From contig CAVPSJ010000016.1 of NCBI GenBank assembly GCA_963708295.1, positions 64,001 to 128,000 on the forward strand: a DNA stretch of 64,000 bases, read 5' to 3'. The stretch comes from an uncultured delta proteobacterium (GTDB lineage: Bacteria; Desulfobacterota; BSN033; UBA1163). Positions 61,119 through 64,000 of this stretch are shown in pieces. The notes under the pieces are model-generated. The model was not told the DNA's origin. It did no database searches and saw nothing but the letters and a program-made list of their open reading frames with translations. Within the stretch, counting starts at the first letter, position 1, and each line of letters begins with the position of its first letter. Made by a program: the position numbers and the translations under genes.

Positions 61119-61220
61119 TCTTTGAATGATCCAGATGCCTCCACTTTTGCCGTAACGAGTTCCATCGGTGTCGGCTACCCCACAATCTAAGGATCAATCA
61201 TTACTGGGATGAAATGTGCA

Positions 61221-61251
61221 AAAAGGCAGGCTCTTTCTGATCCTGCCTTTT
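61221..61251. terminator. Bidirectional rho-independent terminator candidate
   Basis: AAAAGGCAGG, 11 nt loop, CCTGCCTTTT, between convergent hemL and a small ORF. Confidence 0.65.
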
Positions 61252-61321
61252 CCCTATCTCTCTTGCTGCACTCGGCTTTACTTCTTTAAGAACCCCTCTC
61301 TCCGCCCCTGCCTATGGATCC

Positions 61322-61567
61322 TTAATCATCATCACCGCCATCATCATAATCCCCGTCATCATCATCATCATTCTCATCGTAAGGAAGTACAGGCACCATC
61401 TTTGCAACTACGGCTCTGCAAGGAGATGAGGTGCCTATCAAACTTTCGTTACATTTATGGAAGAAAAGTAAACTCCCCGCTTTTTCGTCTCCATTTTCAT
61501 ATGCCCTTACGATTGATACAAGGACTATAAACATCAAGACCATCATGAGAATTACCAGCTTTTTCAT
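61322..61567 (-). CDS. Small secreted hypothetical protein with Asp-rich tail
   Basis: MKK plus hydrophobic signal/anchor; tail DENDDDDDGDYDDGGDDD. Confidence 0.55.
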   Translation of the reverse strand: MKKLVILMMVLMFIVLVSIVRAYENGDEKAGSLLFFHKCNESLIGTSSPCRAVVAKMVPVLPYDENDDDDDGDYDDGGDDD

Positions 61568-62106
61568 GGCGTCCTTATCGAGCAAAAATGATTATGAGCC
61601 TTTGAGTAACTTTTTGCTCTCACACAATTGTCACTAATCCAAGCCCCAGTGTGTTTGAGTAAATTTACTAACCCCTCTGTCCAGATAAAGAAAAGATACA
61701 AGATACTACTACCTAATCAAACTACCTTACCATAAATCAATTGTCAAGAATTTCTCCCGAAGAATAGAATCACCTAACCACTTGTAAAATCAAATAAAAT
61801 GGCACAAGTGATTTTTCGGGGAACCCTTCTCTCTAAGCGCTGATTTCCGATGTCGAAGAGGATTTGATTCTTCAATGGATTACCGGTTGGAATGTGGCAA
61901 TACAAAGGGTTTTTGAAAAATAACGAGTTAGGAAGGAAGATATGTGGCCTTATTCCACAGAAGGGGATATCCCCTCCTCATGGAGGGGTAAGTTTTTTCA
62001 GGCAAACCAACTTTGACCTGGATGACAATTGTGTGAAACTTAGGATTTCGGCAGGAATTGGACAAAAAAGAAGGACCGCATAGGTCCTTCTCCCGACCTT
62101 ATTCTT

Positions 62107-63530
62107 TTAGTTTACCGGTGGCCTCCTCCACCTCCCCCCTCCATGACCTCCTCCGCCGGAGCCTCCAAAGCCCCCGCCGCCTTGGGAATTTCCAGAGAAA
62201 CCGCCACCTCCTCCTTGACCTCCCCCGTGAGAACCCCCGAAGCCGCTACCGCCATGGAAGCCTCCGGAGTAACCACCACTACGAAAACCGCCAGAGGAAC
62301 TTTGTCCGCCCGTAGAAGGCGCACTAAAAGTCCTGCCTGATGGGCTGCTGAAGCTTCTGCTACTGGATGACCCGCCTGAGCCCGTCCGTGCGCCTTGGAA
62401 GTTTCCGGAGTAACCACCACTACGAAAACCGCCAAAGGAACTTCGTCCGCCCGTAGAAGGCGCACTAAAAGTCCTGCCTGATGGGCTGCTGAAGCTTCTG
62501 CTAAAAGACCTACCGGAGCCTGTGGATGGGTTTTGGAAACCTCGATATTGTCTGCCCGTATTGCCAGGCTGACTCAATCCCTTACCGTTCGCACTTCGGT
62601 TGAGAGATTGAGGTAGCGCCCACTCTGGCCGCCGGGGATGCAAACCCACGGGAACCTGTTCCCCCAGAGGTGCGTGTTGCAGCCGTTCCTCTCGTCCTCG
62701 TTGTCGGATCAACCCTAAGAGAGGCACGGGTCGTCGGGTCGACGAAGTGATTGAGTGATGGAGTGATGACCATGATGGTGATGAAAATCGTTCAGGATAA
62801 AAAAACCAGGGAAGAAGAAACCAGAACACCAGAATGGGTAGGGAACCCATCCGTAAAGGTAGTTATAATCCCAGGGCGGTGGATAATAAGTAACTACCGG
62901 AGGACCTTCATCGTAGTAGTATTCGTCAATTACCGTAGGCGGAACAAATTCACTGCTTGTCGGAGGCTGACTTTCGGCGTACTGACCAGGCGCAATAGCT
63001 AAACCAAACTCAGCGGTCAGGCCCTCTAATGCCCGCAAAGCCTCATCTTCTCCCATGGATAACTTCTTTGAGGCTGCGGCGGCAACCACAGCATTTCGCA
63101 CCTGACCGATAATGATGGGTGTCATCGGATAATCGGCAATCCACCCGTTTTTGGGTACGACACCAACTGTGGCCAACATACTCTCAGCTTCCGCCTCACC
63201 CTTAGCTTGCCCTATCTTGAGTACTTCAGCCAGTTTGAAAGCAAAGTCTCCCTCACGAATCAGGGTCTGAGCAATTGGAGGGGCCTGCTTTCCCGCCTCC
63301 CCTTGCTGTGTATTAACCGCCACCTTTCCAGGAGGGGTTTGGGAAGGGATTGAGGATCCCTTTTGGGCTACATTCACTATTTCAATCTTACTACGATACG
63401 CAGAAGGGACCCTACTCTCGTCGTCCGTAAAGTTCACTACGCCTTCTTTGTCGACCCATTTGTAAATAGCTGCCGATGCAGAAGAAGCGAAAATGAATGA
63501 GAATAATAGGGCAGCAATAAGTTTTTTCAT
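62107..63530 (-). CDS. Secreted DUF4124-domain protein with Pro/Tyr/Trp-rich segment and Gly/Ser-rich tail; frameshift(s) ~62600-62750
   Basis: Signal peptide, IYKWVDKEGVVNFTD, YYPPPWDY.YLY.WVPYPFW, Gly-rich C-terminus in the 62107-62850 frame. Confidence 0.75.
62264..62503. repeat. Intragenic near-perfect duplication (~99 bp unit, 141 bp period)
   Basis: 62264-62362 matches 62405-62503; encodes SRSFSSPSGRTFSAPSTGG.SS.GGFRSGGYSG. Confidence 0.9.
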
Positions 63531-63894
63531 TTTTCCCCCGCTTACCTTGAAGTTAGGTATTGGCTTATTTTGCCCGCACCTTGCACCTCACGAACACCTT
63601 CCTCTAAATTCTTAGACGTTTCATTCAAGTTTTTATTCAAGATTTCACCGTGTCGATCGCATGGATCCCGCTTTGCTCCTTCTGGGGTTGATAATATAAG
63701 AAATGAATCTTTTGTCAATACCAAAAATGAGGTTGTGAAAAGGAATAGGCCAAGAAACCTTCAGAATATTTCCTCATCTTTGCCTCATGTAAATGACTTT
63801 GTCGCTTTCCTTATTTTCTCACCCTCTTTTCTTCAGAAGCAGTTCACCAAGCAAGGAGGGTATAAGTATGAGGGTATAACCGTGTGAAATTCTG

Positions 63895-63943
63895 TTGCGG
63901 GCGATTTAGGTCAGCCGGATATTGCGGGCGATTTAGGTCAGCC
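63895..63943. repeat. 22 bp direct repeat x2, period 27 (TTGCGGGCGATTTAGGTCAGCC)
   Basis: Exact copies at 63895-63916 and 63922-63943. Confidence 0.85.
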
Positions 63944-64000
63944 AGTGCCTTGCTGCCATAGTAGTATAAAGCTGGCCGGTGCCAGGCCAAGTTGGAATTG

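Noticed and set aside
61216-61530. His-rich plus-strand ORF
   Set aside because: The CAT repeats are the reverse complement of the poly-Asp tail of the minus-strand ORF, which has a signal peptide
63895-63943. Possible CRISPR array
   Set aside because: Only two units, a 5 bp spacer and no cas genes
63975-64000. Possible tRNA 3' end on the minus strand
   Set aside because: Spacing from the putative T-loop gives no acceptor stem ending in CCA, and the sequence is truncated

Overview
A 64 kb bacterial chromosomal window. Gene content (tungsten-type AOR, many tripartite tricarboxylate transporters, CheB/CheR fusion, dense intergenic palindromic repeats) suggests an anaerobic deltaproteobacterium-like genome; this is inference. 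More than a dozen genes carry single-base frameshifts, most consistent with unpolished long-read errors. Layout: (1) 1-12.75 kb, the standout, is a convergent biosynthetic cluster truncated at the left edge. It holds FabG- and FabZ-like fatty-acid enzymes and five radical SAM proteins, three with the tetraether-lipid-synthase (Tes/GDGT-MAS, MJ0619) motif set. It also holds a hexapeptide acyltransferase, a probable cysteine desulfurase-rhodanese fusion, an ICMT/PEMT-type methyltransferase, an alpha/beta hydrolase and a GH3 amido-synthetase. This is a candidate undescribed pathway for cross-linked or sulfur-containing acyl lipids. (2) 13-23 kb: catabolic genes (ADH, MoaD, AOR, dehydrogenases, nitrilase-family, TctC, amidohydrolase). 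(3) 23.7-29.3 kb: two divergent NarX-type kinases. (4) 29.7-38.9 kb: NCS2 permease, TctCBA, M24-like, LeuB/Icd-like and OYE genes. (5) 39.2-42.6 kb: a RAYT-type HUH transposase between perfect 23 bp inverted repeats, followed by cassette-like small genes and a degenerate attC-like site. (6) 42.6-56.4 kb: a co-oriented sugar-acid-type catabolic/TTT cluster. (7) modF-like, ilvC, hemL and a Gly-rich secreted protein. Intergenic regions hold several MITE/REP families that are often nested and often overlap stop codons. No rRNA, tRNA or CRISPR array was seen.
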